Assembly: GCF_036321535.1 (NCBI RefSeq)
Contig: NC_087437.1
Span: 56,794,001-56,858,000, forward strand
Direction of reading: 5' to 3'
Length of the DNA stretch: 64,000 bases
Source of the DNA: Camelus dromedarius
Lineage: Eukaryota
A model generated the notes under the pieces. That model ran no database searches and had not been told where the DNA came from. It worked only from the letters and a program-made list of their open reading frames with translations. This document shows, piece by piece, positions 14,091-28,190 of this stretch. Position numbers and translations under genes: made by a program. The stretch's first letter is position 1. The number at the start of each line of letters is the position of its first letter.

Positions 14091-14609
14091 TGTATGAAGT
14101 AGGGACACTATTTTGTAATGCTTCAATTTTTGGTAAGTGTACATTGAAGTGAGCACTCTATAAGATTATTGAATATCTTATTCACTAGAATGTACCCAAC
14201 TGCCTTAAAAGTATCTTATGTGTTTTTTGAGTTATGATTTTCTGCAGTCTTATTTCAATTGCATCTGTTTTTTCTTTCCGTAATTCTTTAACTATTATAT
14301 ATGCTTCCTGTTTTCTAGTATTGCAATGAGATGTTATCCACATATAGAAACATAAGTGTGTATTTTTTCATATATATTCATATATTTTTTCAATCCAACC
14401 ACTTTTGTTTACTTTCTTCCAACTTTTCCTTCACTTTCTCTGTTCCAGCCATTGTAGATTTCTTTTTGTTTCTCACACATTCTGAACACTTGTCTTAGAG
14501 TCTTTCCATATACCATGCTCTGTGCTTGGAAAGCCATTCCCCGTTTGCTATCATCTGCTAATTTCTTCTAATTTCTACTCACCATTTTATCTCAGCCCAG
14601 CTTTATATT

Positions 14610-15030
14610 TGTAGAGGAGAAGCTCAGGGAAAAAATAATTTTCCTCTTCTCTGTAGAGAATAGCTGTGTTGTTGTGTTTCTAAGGCCTGGGACCTCCCTA
14701 CTTTAGTGTGAAAGTAAATAGTTTTTATGAGGTGTTAAGAGCTGAGCCCCTTCCTGATGACAGAAACTAAGCTGAAAGATCTCTTGTGTCTGTAAGGACC
14801 TAAAGGAGAAGGGTGAACCTGGAAGAGGCTGGGGGAAGAACATGGATAAATAGTGCTAGGTCCCAAATTTGGATACCTGAGTCCCATCTAAAGAGCAACT
14901 CAGAGATCAGCCTGTGACCTGCAAGCACCAGGACAAGGGGCTGGAAGGGAAAACAGGACAGCATACAACTGCCCAGGCCCATGCAGGTATTGATCAATGA
15001 TTTCAGTGCAGGGGCCTAAGGCTGTCTTGT
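14610..15030. mobile_element. Possible ancient LTR relic (family unassigned)
   Basis: GC-richer block beginning TGTAG with LTR-like composition; no family recognised. Confidence 0.25.
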
Positions 15031-15175
15031 TAAGGCAAGATAAAATTATGGCTGCAATTCTGATTATTCAACTTAGTGTTTGACCTCGAATAAGTCCCTT
15101 TATCCTTTTATCATCTACTAAAGTGATAATCTTGATTTTATAATTAACTATAACCTCTACAAGACTCGTATTCTT

Positions 15176-15479
15176 TTTTGTTTTTCAAAACAAATGACTT
15201 TTTAGTGAAGCATATTTGATTTACAGTATTGTGATAGTTTGAGGTATACAGCAGTGATTCAGTTATGCATAATATATGTACATCCCTATTGTTTTTCAGA
15301 TTCGTTTCTATTATAGGTCATTACACAGTATTGAATATAGTTCCCTGTGCCATACAATGGGTCCTTGTTGTTTATCTGTCTTATATATAGTAGTATGTAT
15401 CTGTTAATCCCGAATTCCTAATTTATCTCTCCCCTACTTTCCCCTTTGGTAACTATAAGTTTATCTTTTATGTCTGTGA
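15176..15479 (-). mobile_element. Lineage-specific L1 3' end with degenerate TSD
   Basis: ttgaatatagttccctgtgccatacaatgggtccttgttgtttatc...; flanks aagactcgtattctt (15161-15175) and aaacctcaaattctt (15480-15494) match at 11/15. Confidence 0.88.
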
Positions 15480-16449
15480 AAACCTCAAATTCTTGACAAA
15501 GCTGCTTTTCTCAGACTGCTTTTGTGGTCACTTAGGACAGCATGAACTGGAAATTCCCAAGGAAAAGAGGCCAGTTTTAGGCTATTCTAGGTTTGTTTCA
15601 CCTTGTTATCATTTTGTCCCGTATTTGAGAAGCCAGAAAAGTACCTGGTATAGTCCTGTCTTTCCTGTTCCCCTCAGGTGACTTTGAAATGATTGCACCA
15701 GACACAAATTACAGATCCTGCTTAAGCTTTCAAACAATAAAGCTGTAATTTTAGAAACAGCCAAGAAGTGACCCTGTTCTTGTTCTTCAATTAGCTAGAA
15801 TGTTTAGGGTTGTAAATCTTTTTGGAACAATCCCTCATGCCTAGTTAGTCTTGCTTGTCAGTTTATATGATAGGTCTCTGGGTGCCAGAAAAACATGTCA
15901 ACCCTGGAATGTGATTTTATGAAGAAGTCCATTAAACTTTATGTCTTCACCTGGGTAGCCATTTCTACGAGCAAGATTTCTAAATTGGCTTACAATGTCA
16001 AGCATCACATTTAGGATGCAAGTGTTTTGGTGGTCTGAACAGTGACTAAAAAGGGTTAATAGCAATCAGGTGCACGCAATGTCCATTGAGCTGACGGCTT
16101 GCAAGCAGGGCATACTTTTGAATATCAACTCAACTTGTAAAAATAACTTGGACTCTTAAACACTTAGGTCTGTATAATAATTTATGGACATCAAATTAAA
16201 ATCCCATAGAGTGCTTTGGAAATTTATTTAGGTAGAATTTATTCCAGGAAAATCTCATCATGTAAGTTTGATAGCTAAAACAGTATACTAAATGTTCCAG
16301 TCACTTGCCTGCTGCTAAGTTGAAATCTTGTACACTCAGTATAAAAATTATGGCCACTGAATTGTCAAGAAAAAAAATTTTTAATTTAATTTTCTGTTTG
16401 CAATTCCACATTGTATTTATCCTCTAAATTCATAGATCCAAAGAATTAA

Positions 16450-16600
16450 GAATAAGAATGGACTCAGATACCATCTGACCCACTCTCTATTTTTCATATA
16501 AGAAAACAGAGGCCTAGAAGGGGAAAGAGGCTAATATGGCTACAGAAACATTTACTGCAGAGCTAGGAATACAACACAACTTCCCACACCTAGTCTTGTT
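16450..16600 (-). mobile_element. MIR SINE
   Basis: ccatctgacccactctctatttttcatataagaaaacagaggcctagaagggg...gcagagctaggaatac. Confidence 0.65.
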
Positions 16601-18189
16601 TTAACTGTACCCCAAATCATGACAAGCTAACTATACAAAAACATAGTTATGTCCATGAATGTAAAGTTTCAGCCTCTAGTTCTAGTCTATCAACTACTAA
16701 ATTGACACAAATTCTTCTTTCTCTCACTCAAATATGGTAAAGTAAATAGTTTTGAAAGAAAACAATTTTCAACATATTTTTCATCGTTAATTATCTCACT
16801 GGTTAGGAAAAAAACAACCATTTTATCTTTGAATTCTAATAAAATTGGATTTTTTTAAATAATGAATTTCAAGAGTGGAAGGAAAATAACCTAAAAAGAG
16901 GAAACAAGAAGCCTTCTAGGGATGTTTAGTCAAATGTAAATAGATATCCTTTTAATATGCCATATCTGTGAAGTTAGAAGAAATAATAGGGGGAAAAAGA
17001 ACTTGGAAGAAAATGGCTTCCTCACTGAGTCTTCCAGTTTACTGGGTTATACTATGTTGCACTGTGGTTTAAAATATCATGCCGAGCAATATATGAGGCT
17101 AGGAATTTTTGGATATTTTATAGTCAAATAAATTAAACTGTAGATTTTTTAAATTCAAACATACATCATCCTGCTTGATTTGTATTCAGACTCACTCAAA
17201 TTCAAATCAGTTCCTTCTATAAGGGCGTGGGTGGGGTGGAAGCAACAATAAATACCACAGAGGAGGTTTTTTTTTACTACCTAGAGTATAAACCTATATA
17301 TTTTTTGCTCTCTTTTATTACTCAATGAAATGGAAAACTGCTCATTTAAAAGGGCAAATACTCGTTACAAATCTAACATTTCCCCTACCTTTTTTAGACT
17401 CATGTTTTTAAAGATAATGAGACTGAAAAGGGTTTTTTAACCCCAAACACAAGGTTTTATGGAAATTTTCAGAAAAAAATTGTGACAGTTTAAGAAAATA
17501 TTGCTTCAGGGCAATGACACTACAGGGAGGGGATTTCTTAAAGAATGTGGAGGTGTCTGACCCATGGTTCTGCAGACTTAGATTTAGGTGTAAATATTAT
17601 AGCTCCGTTTATTGCAATAGATAATATTAAAGGGTAAAATTAAGTAAATATACCCAGAGTGTTTCAGATTCCTTTCTATTCATTCATTTTGAACTTTTCT
17701 ACTAATTGAAGGTCATTCATATTCTAAATTATACAGCTGTATCTAATATATCAAACATTCTCTTTTATAAAAAGAAGTATACCTAAATTTTAAGATATTT
17801 GTGTTATTTGGATATTAACTTACGAAGGTCAGGAAACAATTTTAAAGATATTCCTCCTTTTCCTCTGTTCTCTGAATCTTTTCTCCGGCCCATGCAATTC
17901 ATGTAGAATGTGGAATATTACTGTTGCCTAGATAAGTGTTTTTGGTTTTTTGAATGAATGAATGAATGGACCCATGTATATTTAAGCTTAATCTTGAGAA
18001 AATATTTGATAAAATTATCATTAATAGTACTTTTATTATTGTCACCTCTAATTTATACTTTCAATTCATTCCTTACAATTAATTCTTTTAGACCCAAATT
18101 CCTACAAACAACTACAAGTCATGGATAGTTAGAGCTGGAGAACACCAACATGTGAAGAACATTTATCAGGGTCGGAGTGGATAACAGCA

Positions 18190-18420
18190 CAGCAACCAGT
18201 GTTCACTGTACATCTTTTCTGCATCAAATTCTTTGTTAAAATCCTTTCATAGATTGCTTTATTGAATCATCAAAATGACCTTAGTAAGTGGGTGCTATAA
18301 AATACATCCATAATGAAACAGATCTTAAGAAACTTGATCGATGTTACAGAGTTGGCAAGAGGCATAGCTGGTTAGTAGCAAATCTGGAATTTAAACTTAA
18401 ATGATATGATTCCAACGCCC
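18190..18420 (-). mobile_element. MIR SINE
   Basis: ttattgaatcatcaaaatgaccttagtaagtgggtgcta...aacttgatcgatgttacagag...ctggaatttaaac. Confidence 0.55.
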
Positions 18421-18699
18421 TAGGCTAGATAATACCAGACAATTTTTTAGGTCGGAGGAACCAACCTATTTAGGAACAGTGAAGGGGACCAGGGCCACTT
18501 GAGGTAAATGCCCTTAATGTAAACATTTGAGCTCTCTTATGTAGGGTTAAAAGATATCTGTGGAATACACCAAACTGTATTCCAGTAACAATTTAAAGAT
18601 AATTAGAAAGCAATCTGCTTGATTTTATCACTTCACAATTTGTGAGTTTACAATCCACAAAGTGTTTTGTCTGATATTTTGATTTCCTTTCTTGCCTTT

Positions 18700-19260
18700 G
18701 TAGCCTCTTTTTCAACCAGTAATAGAATTGTCTTTCTAAAACATAAATCAAATCACCTCATTTCTAGATTTAAATCCTCTAGTGGCTACAGACACATCTA
18801 GAATAACTCCCACTCTTTACGGGTTCTGCAAGGCCCTACATGGGCTAGCTCCTGCCTACCTGTAAGGCAGCATCTCCTTCCGTTTCCTCCTTGGTCACCT
18901 TACCCTCCACCACTAGAATCATCGCTCTTCCTCAGATACACCCAGCTCATGCTCTCCGTGAAAAGCTCTTCTCTCAGATTATTACATGGTTCAATTCACC
19001 TTTTCCTTCAGGTCTCCACATATGATATCTCCTTAGAGAGGTCCTCCCTCACTAACTTATTTAAAAGCCACCCCAACCTCATCACTCCATTCCCTTCGTG
19101 GCCTTCACTACATGTTTATACTAAATGACAGTTTGTTTACTTTGGTATCTATGAATTCCATGGTGGCAGAGAATTAAGAGCAGCAACTCTTCACTGCTGT
19201 ATGTTCATTGTTCTGACAATGCCTGGCACTTAATAAGCATTCATTAGCTATACATTAGAA
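18700..19260 (+). mobile_element. L2 (L2a-like) 3' region
   Basis: ctttctaaaacataaatcaaatcacctc...caaggccctacatgggctagctcctgcctacc...ccttagagaggtcctccct...acaatgcctggcacttaataagc. Confidence 0.85.
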
Positions 19261-19360
19261 AATATATTTTATAATCCTGAATTATCAAAAACTTATTTCT
19301 TAGGTCTAGGTAGGCACGCTTGTTCACTTTATTTATTACTTTGTTTTTTTAAATGACTCC

Positions 19361-19463
19361 TTTTCTATTTACTTATTTATTTTTAACGGAGGTACTGAGG
19401 ATTGAACCCAGTACTCTTGCATGCTAAACATGCGCTCTACCACTGAGCTATTTCTCTTTCTCC
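19361..19463 (-). mobile_element. Vic-1-type tRNA-derived SINE
   Basis: ggaggtactgaggattgaacccag...catgctaaacatgcgctctaccactgagctat is the antisense of a tRNA A/B-box head, with an AT-rich tail. Confidence 0.85.
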
Positions 19464-19974
19464 TAAATCACAGTGAATGCAATTTTGGAGGAGAACAATG
19501 TTTAGGAGACAGCAAATAATTTTATGAAAGCACATTTAGACTACTCATTCGGTCCAAATTGTCTTCTAGTTTTTATATATTCTAGCTTATATTTTTGCTT
19601 TATTATTGTGTATAAAGGAAAAGTGATGATAGATAGATTTTATTCCTCAGTCCTTACATATTTCAAAGTGATTCATAAATAGCTGGACCTCTGATTATTT
19701 CAAAGACCAGCAAATGGCATAATGAGGATAGATGACTCAGACAGGGCTCTCTGGCCTATTTCCCTCATTTGCAAAATCAAGGAACTGGACCAAGTAGCCT
19801 CTAAGACCTATTCTAGTTGATTGTCCTGCAAATTGATTATTGTAATTTAAAAAAAGCCTCATCTGTAACTCTAAAATACAAAAAATAAAAATATAAAATT
19901 CATAAATTTCATAAATTATAATTATAAATGACAATAACTCACAAAAATCCACTTTGATTAGCAAACACGACCAA

Positions 19975-20170
19975 CCAGATGCTCCGTTTAACTATGTGGG
20001 ACATTAAGGAGTACTTTCATCTTTCTATGCCTCAATTCTACCATCTGCAAAGTGGAAATAATTATAGTATGCACCTTATGAGGTAGTTATTAGAATGAAA
20101 TGGGTCAATGTGTAACCCACCATTGATGTAGTATGCAGCATATTGTTAAGTGCTAAATAACTGTTGGCTA
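19975..20170 (+). mobile_element. MIR SINE
   Basis: tctatgcctcaattctaccatctgcaaagtggaaataattatagtatgcaccttatgaggtagtt core. Confidence 0.8.
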
Positions 20171-21279
20171 ATAAGCGTAAACATAATTAATGGATTCAAG
20201 ATTTTAAGAATAAGTTAAAGTGAAACGTCCTATCAAATCTTCTTAAGAATACTGATCAACCTCCACACTCTTTTTTTTTTTTTTTTTTTTTGAACAGGAG
20301 TGGGGATGGGGCAGATATTTCAAAAGCAAATTTAAACATAGATTCGATTTAATTAACACAAATTCTGAATCCATTCATTTCAGACAAAAGATATTATCAT
20401 GATTACCTATTTTACCTTCAATCAGTTATGCAAATATATTAGCACTGCTTTTTGAGATTTGGACTATGTTATAAGAAATATAAACAGAGGAATTCAACAA
20501 TTATAACAACAAAAAGTGTATATATCTCTTCTTTAATAAAACTAGGCAGTGACTTATGCCAAACCTCATAATAAGAATAGTTGGCAAATGTTTCAATATT
20601 TGAAGTAAATCATAGGAGAACACAAGAACAGATACTCACTTTTCGAAGTAAGCTGTGTACATATTTTACTAAAAGTTTGTGAGAAGCTCCTAAATTACAT
20701 AATCAGGATTCTTTTGTTGGAATAATTAAAAAAAGAAAACAGAGATATCAGTGAGACAGAGAGGAATAATTTAAAAGAAAAACAGGTATTAGTGAGCCAT
20801 GGAGAAGAGAAGTAACTCCTTACGGGTCCTTAGTCATTATTTCCACTCCAAGGAGTGTTAGGGAAGGGGAACCTGTGAAAGGGACAGCACAAACATGTGG
20901 TCACCAGCTAAAATCAACTTTGTTGCTCTGCTCTAAAATGGCTGAGAAGATACAAGTAATCATTAAGTAAAGCAAGGGAATTCTGATCTATGAGGCTTCA
21001 CTGTGAGAAATAACGACCCTCATTCGTGTAATCTGCACACCTCCAGAGGACTCAGATTAAACAAACCGCAGCAGAGAACACCACAAATTATATGAAACAT
21101 ATTCTAAAAATGAGCACTAGCTGCCACGGCTTACAGAGCCCACTTACACCCTTCACTATACCACTGAGCAAATGAGGAGTCTGTATGGTGTTGCAGATGG
21201 TGAACATTCAGAGATGATGAGAAGGAAATACACAACCTGCAACGGATACTTTTACTCTTAAGCAAAAGATAAAGAAAGC

Positions 21280-24250
21280 AATAAAACAAGTAAACAATGT
21301 GAAAATAAACAACATACCTAGAAAATGGAATTTTCTTAAGTAAAATTTCTTAATTATATAAAAAAAGAGAATGTGAATTATTTGCTAAGAAACTTCAAAG
21401 AATAAGTACAAGAAATAGAAAAAAGTGATGATAAGACAGAAGAAATGAAAGGTAAACTAGAAAAGATCAGGAAAAACACTGAAAATAACAAGGAAAAATA
21501 TTAAAATTTGAAAATACATTAAGGTTTGCAAGGTATAAAATAGAGAGCATTAAAAGAGAAGCAATGAGGTAGAGGATGGAGTAAACATGAAAAACCAAGT
21601 GGAAAAAATAGAGACAAAAATGCTGAAAGACAGCAGCTATGGAAAGCAAGCAAAAGAGACCCAATCTAGACATAAATAGTATTTCCAAAGAAGAGAAAAA
21701 TACATAAATGGAATGGAAAATATATATATTAAGAGATATGCTGCTCAGTGAAGGACAATATGGCAAAATAACAAACCACCCTGGCTCCGTCTATCATACT
21801 AAAACTGTGGATATCAGAGTAGTGGATGAGAAAATTTATAAATCCCAAATGATAAAATAAAATAGAGCATTAAAAAAGGATAATAAATGCAATATAATAT
21901 AACAAAGGTTTACAGATTATAAAAGATTTTTATCAATTAATAAACAGAATGCATCTAAATCAAATCATATACATGAAAATTACATAAATATTTTGATAAT
22001 AATGCAAACATAAAGGTAAAACATTTCTTATAATTTTATCATTTTATATAAGGTAGTAAAAGAATGTCATCAATAATATGATAAATAGGATTCAATGGAA
22101 ATTTGCAAGATTTGAAAACCTACATGGACAGGATAGAAAGCTATCAAATGGAAAACTGGACACACGAAAAAAAGGAACATTGACGTGTCCCATAATCATT
22201 CTTAAAAATTGAAAGAGCAATCAAAGAACAACTCCTCCTCATTCTGAAAAAAAAAGTCTCCAAATCAAAACAGTTGTATGACCAATTCTCGCAAACTTGC
22301 TTTAAGCTCATTGTTATGAAAAAAGGGGGGGAGGGGGGATGCTGTGCAATCCACTTTATAAGGAACCCACGCCTGAGAGTGGAGTGAGGACAGCACAAAA
22401 GTCATAGCTCTAGTTCACCAATGAAAATAACTGAAAATCCAAGCTAAAATGTCTGATAGGCAGACTCAAAAGTACTTTAAAATAATATATGTAATTCAGT
22501 AGATTTAACTCAGAGCTTCAGATTATCTATCATATTAGTGAAGTAAAGGAGAAAATCAAAGGACTGTTCAATAGACACAGAAAAAGCATTTGAAAAGTAT
22601 TAACAAATATTTATGTTTAGATAAAGAATCTAAAGCTAGGAATATCTGAAACTTTCTTAATTAGATCAAAAACTCATAGGAAAGCTCATGATTCCACGTA
22701 AAACTTTAGGTGTCTATATTATCTTTAAACTCAGAAACAAGATGAAAAGCTCAGGAAGCACAGGCTAATGGTTGGCACAAAAAAAAAATTAGAGGATAAA
22801 ATGATAAGAAGGGAAGAGACAAAACTGTTATTATCTATAGATGATAGAATTAACTACATTGAAAAGTCAGTAGAGTGAAAATTACTTTAGAATTAGAGAG
22901 TTTAGGTGAGCTTCTAAACACAAAATGAACTTTAAAAACGTAAGAGCATGCTTTTAATTAAAAACATGTATTTATATTGGTAATATCTAACTAGATTAGT
23001 ATAGAGTATATATTAGATACCATTCATAAGAGGAAAAAAAGACAGAAATTCATCCAACAAAGAATTAACCCTGGACAAGAAATTTATGGAGAAAAAATTT
23101 ATCTATTTAAAAAATAAAATAAATTAAAAATAAAATAAAAATATAGCAAATCATATGGTGTATCTTTTCAATATTTTACAATTTCCTATGTCAATAATAC
23201 CATAATAAAGCTGATATTTCAAATATATATATTATAAACAAAATAATGCCTTCTTCGTAGGGTTTTTTATAAGGATGAGTTGAGTAATGCACTTAGACCA
23301 CTAGTGGGTGGAGCGTAAGTGCTCAATAAAGATTAGTTATTATTAATTCACATCAGAAAGGAAAATGTGTCAACTATGTCACAATAAAATTTTTTAAATA
23401 AATAAAATAGAAAATTTTAAAAAAGGAAAAAAAGAAATGAAAATGTGCATGCTTTAGTAGACACAGTTGCAGATACTGGTGCACTATCTGGTAAAAAAAG
23501 ACACTAAGAACTCCAGGTGAATTTTGTAAAATTAAGTATGAAAGATTAAATTATAAAGCTAATAAAGATAATTTCTTTTTAAATTCTGAGAATATAAATC
23601 ATAAGATATGCACTTGAGGAACTTGATTACCTTAAAATTCACAATTTGTGTTCATGACAGATATAGACAATGTTAATGGAAGGGTAAAGGACTGGGAGGA
23701 GATATCTGCAACATGTAATGCTAATAAATATCTCTTAACTATAAAAAGAGCACATAAAAATTATTAATATCAAAACCCACCAAAATAAACAATGATCCAA
23801 AATAATTCTAAATGAATGAAGTTGTGCTATGAAAGAAAATCCCGTAAGCACTGAATTCTTTTAATTATAAATAATATTAAACAGCTTTGAAAATTATGGT
23901 CATAGAAGATGATGTAAAGTTGTAAATCATCACACTGTAAAAATACCACTCAATAAAAATTTAGATGATGGAAGCAAGTATAGGAGGTAGGAAGAAATAT
24001 GTACACGAATTCCTCATCCTTTGAAAGCAGAGAAACAATGGTGAAATAGTAGATAATGTTCAAAGTTTATAAATTAGGAAACAGTTTTAAGTAAAGAAAA
24101 AATAGCAATCAGAATATAGCTGCCCAAATTACCAGAAAAATACAAAAGCAAAAGCACATTGAAACAAAGCAAACACAGACTAAAAGTACAGGAGATCAAA
24201 AGAAAACTGAAAACAAAATCAAATATAAAACTAGTAATCCAACATATGGA
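21280..24250 (+). mobile_element. Highly decayed HAL1/L1ME-type LINE fragments (MIR insert near 23245-23345)
   Basis: A-rich strand bias with L1 ORF2 motifs (caatagacacagaaaaagcatttga, gactgggaggagatatctgcaaca). Confidence 0.55.
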
Positions 24251-24422
24251 ACATGTGCTAAATTTCCAAAGCGGTCATCTACATTTTTTAGTATGCTCCA
24301 TGTTTCTTACCCTATAGTCAGCATCTTGAGAGCTGGCTTGATAGTTGATTCATTTCCATTCCCAGTTCCCTGCACACAGTAAGTAATAAAAAAAAATCAT
24401 CCATTTATAATGAATGTATACA

Positions 24423-24675
24423 CAGTTCACCCTTTAACAACGCTAGGATTAGGGGTGCCCCTCCGCATAGTCAAAAATCCGCATGTAATTTATAGTCAGC
24501 CTTCCTTAGTGGTTCCTTCACATCTGCAGTTCCTTCTTATCCACTGTTCCACATCCACTATTCAAACAACTATAGGTGCAGATGATGCTGTAGTGTTGCA
24601 GCAACTACTATTGAAAAAAATCCATGTAAAAGTGGACCTGAGCAGTTTAAACCCTTGTTGTTCAAGGGTCAGCTG
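24423..24675 (-). mobile_element. Tigger2a-type (TcMar-Tigger) non-autonomous DNA transposon
   Basis: TIRs cagttcaccctttaacaac and gttgttcaagggtcagctg, TA on the right flank, internal ttgaaaaaaatccatgtaaaagtggacc motif. Confidence 0.88.
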
Positions 24676-24810
24676 TATTTAGAAGCTTAGTTAAAGGGTG
24701 GCAAATACTTTTAAAATAGCATTTAAAGTTGATTAATTCCTACTTCTGATGCCAATATTTTAAGGAGATTTGAAGACCAATTTGGAATAACATATTAACC
24801 CTTATCTAAG

Positions 24811-25010
24811 TAGTTCAGTCTAGATTCTTAGCAGGAAAAAAATGGCACACTCAAACTAAATAATTGGAGGAGGGTTTCAAAACAGATTATTGTCAAAGCT
24901 ATGGGTCTAAAAGAGGGAAAGTATGAGAAATAGAGCAAGAACCTAGGACTAATAACAGTGGAGTTACTCGAGAGTACCATCCCAAGTAATTTGGGAAAGA
25001 GGTGAAGTGA
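24811..25010 (-). mobile_element. ERVL LTR33-like, 3' part
   Basis: cagtctagattcttagcaggaaaaaaatggcacactcaaact...gaggagggttt resembles the antisense LTR33 terminus. Confidence 0.7.
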
Positions 25011-25839
25011 GCAGTTTTTTCCCATGGTAGGCAAGTAAATATATTCTGTATTAATAAATATCATGTGTTGGTTCTGAGCTTCTATTTGACACATACTTGC
25101 AATCTCTTTCTTCTGTGTATCTAATATCTTTTCAAATAAAATGGAAAAATTGGGTCTATGATCTGGTTTCTGGTCAATAAAAAATAAGTTATGAGTGACT
25201 GAGATAGTTTTCTAGTCAACAAAAATTGTCTGACAAGGCAATTCTCAGTACGGAAAAGTTTTTTTTTTTTTTTTTTTTCTCTGCAAAGCAGATCCAAAGA
25301 AGCACCTAAACAGTATCTTCTCTGTTGGCTTTTAGGGTAACCAATCCTTTGGTGCCAAATCTTACATGACCCTTTTTACCACATCATTAATAAGGACAGA
25401 TGTTTTGAATTGAGAATCACACAAAAGCCAAAATATGCTGTTGACCTTAAAAGACAGGACCAAACTTCCACTCTACTGTAATGCTTTTTTTCATCCAGAG
25501 ACATTTATTTTGGGATGCATTCTTTGTGTCAGAAGATTTCTGTCAAATGAATTGAAATAGTTTCTTGGTCCCTCTTAGCTGGTTAAATTTGAGCACTACA
25601 GAAACATTTCAACCAGGCTCAATAGAAGATATGGTCACCTAAGAACTGAACTTTAGGTCTCATGTTAAAAAGGGGTAGCCTTGCCATGATATTTTTTCTG
25701 AGTTCCTCTCATTTTTATAAGAATTCACGTAAAACATGTGCCAAAGTATAGTTCTTCACAGTAGAGTTCAGAGTTTATGCTGTGTTTTCATATTCTACTC
25801 AATTATTTTCCCATCCACCCAATCATGATTTCAAACATT

Positions 25840-26070
25840 CTAGTCAATTCTCTAATTCCTTTACCTGCCTCCTTTATTCTCAACCTCCATGGCTTATCTT
25901 CCAGAATGCAGATCTGAAGAGTTAAGAGATGTCTGAATAGCTCCACCTAGACTGTCACATTGGCACCTAAAACTTCTTACTTCTTAAGATAAGCCTTTTT
26001 TTCTGTGATTCCCTATCTCATTAAATAACCTATCTATTACCCAGTTTTCAAAACAGAACCTCAGCCTCAT
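25840..26070 (+). mobile_element. L2 fragment
   Basis: ctccacctagactgtcacattggcacctaaaactt...attccctatctca...acccagttttcaaaacagaacct. Confidence 0.6.
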
Positions 26071-26077
26071 AACCAAT

Positions 26078-26130
26078 TGCCATAGATTGGTTTCCCTGGA
26101 AAGCAAACTCTCAAGCAGAAATTAGCAGCC
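26078..26130 (+). mobile_element. LTR33-like 5' terminus, truncated by the adjacent L1
   Basis: tgccatagattggtttccctggaaagcaaactctcaagcagaaattagc resembles the LTR33 start. Confidence 0.55.
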
Positions 26131-26134
26131 ATAT

Positions 26135-28190
26135 ATGAAGACATAATAGATGAGAATTATCCAATGATAAAACAAAAGTTATGAAGGTATATGAGATCCA
26201 AGCAATTCTTAACCAACTACATTTTACTCATACTCTTGAAAACGTGAAACAAAACTACTATGTAAAAGAAGCTAAAAAAATTTTTTTCAAAGGAGCAATA
26301 TGTGGACTGAGAGCTGAATCATCAACAGAAGTAATAAAATAAAATGAGATAAATATAGTGAAGCACTATTTTTACAGTGCTAAAATAAAATAAATACAAA
26401 TCTAGGTTGCTATACCCAGAAAAAAAAAATAAAACAAGCATCTTCGAAAATTAATGGGAAATAAAATTACCTTCATATAAGTAAGATTCTGAGAATCTTT
26501 CCCAACAAACAAAGTGAATTATAAAGAAGTATTTTTCAAGCAGAAGGGAAATAATCTCAGATGGAAGATGAGAGGTACAGAAAGGAATAAAGAAGAATAA
26601 AAGTGGTATATATCAGGGTGAATCTAAATAAATATATACTATATTAAATAATAATTACTATATCAAATATTAATAATGCCTGAAATAAATGTAGAAAGAG
26701 GGGAGAGGGAATTAAAATATATAACAATTGCACATAGATAAGATGTAGTGCTTAAAAGAGTTAAAATGTTTTAAGTCTCTTGGATTTTTTTAAAGGTAAA
26801 AGTGCCAATCAATTTTGACTAAGTAAAGAATATTACATTCCTAAAATATTCAGAAAAAGAATAATAAAAAATAACTTTCACCTAGCAGAGAAAAAAATGC
26901 AGCCATATAAATATATAATCTACCCAAAATTAGCAGAAGGTAAAAATAAGACAAGAGAGAAGAGAGAGAAATGAAAATTAAATAGGAAGATGACAGATTT
27001 TAATACAACCATATCAATAGTTATATTACTTATAAGTGGACTAAGTGCTCTAATTTCCTTAATTAAAGGAAAGATATAGGTCTCAAAAATAATAATATAC
27101 TCCCTACAAGAAACATTTTCTAAAATATATGAGTACTGCTGGGTTGAAGTTGAAAATTTGGAAAAATACATAGAATATAAACATTAACCAAAAGAAAGCT
27201 TTTAAATTCTATCAGTGTCAGACAAAGCAAACTTTAGTACAAAACATTGGTATTAGAAATAAAGCCAGACACATCAAATGGTAAAAGAGTACCCACTAGG
27301 GTTATATAAAATAAAGACATAAAATGTGTATTTGTACACAGTATCTTTGTCTCAAAATATGTGAGACAAAAAAATAACAGATTTATGAAAAGAAATAGAC
27401 AAATACTTGATGGGGGATATTTTAATGCAAATTATTCACTAGCTGATAGAACAAACAGAAAAAAGGAAATCAGTAAATGTAGAGAAAATTTGAGAGGATT
27501 AGCAAGCTTGACTCAGTTGAAATATGTAGAACACCTCACCCAACACTTGCAGAATACACATTCTTTCAAAAACACTTGGAATACCCATAGGAAATGACTA
27601 AACAAAGTAATTTAGAGCATAGGATCTTGGCATTTTCTACTAAAGTTGAAATAATACGTCTTGCTGTATGATGGAGGAATTCTGCTCAATATCATATTTT
27701 TAAAAATCATACATAGAGGCATCAAAAGACACATACAAAATTCTTCATAGGAGCCGTATTCATAATGGTCAAGAATTGGGAAAAAAACCAATAGCAGAAG
27801 GATGGATATTTAACTAAGAGCACATTTATACACTGGAATAGTATGAAAATAAACTATAGTAAAAGGCAACAACGTATTTGAACATTATTAACCAAATGTT
27901 TGTCTAAAGAACTCAGTAAAGGATAATATATGTTGTATTTTCCATTTATATGTAATTCAAGAATGAAAGGATAATAAACAAAACCTAAGAGTAATATTAG
28001 CAGTTAGTATTATCATTATGTTTATTCAGAGGGAAGAAACAGTGAATGGAGGGAGAATGGGTGCTGGCAATATTCCATTTCTTCAACTGGGTGACAATTA
28101 CATAGATGTTCTCTCCGTGACAGTTAATTGAACTGTGCAAATATGTTTTCTCTACAATCTTTTTCATATATGTGTTATACATTAGAATTA
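26135..28190 (+). mobile_element. Ancient L1M (ORF1 end, ORF2 endonuclease region, internal deletion, L1ME-type 3' end)
   Basis: acattaaccaaaagaaagct...atcagtgtcagacaaagcaa, gcagaatacacattctttcaaa, and a 3' UTR reading gggtgctggcaatattccatttcttcaactgggtgacaattacatag. Confidence 0.75.

Noticed and set aside
20632..20710. Possible 50-nt minus-strand exon (tttag...gtgagt)
   Set aside because: Poor polypyrimidine tract and no recognisable peptide
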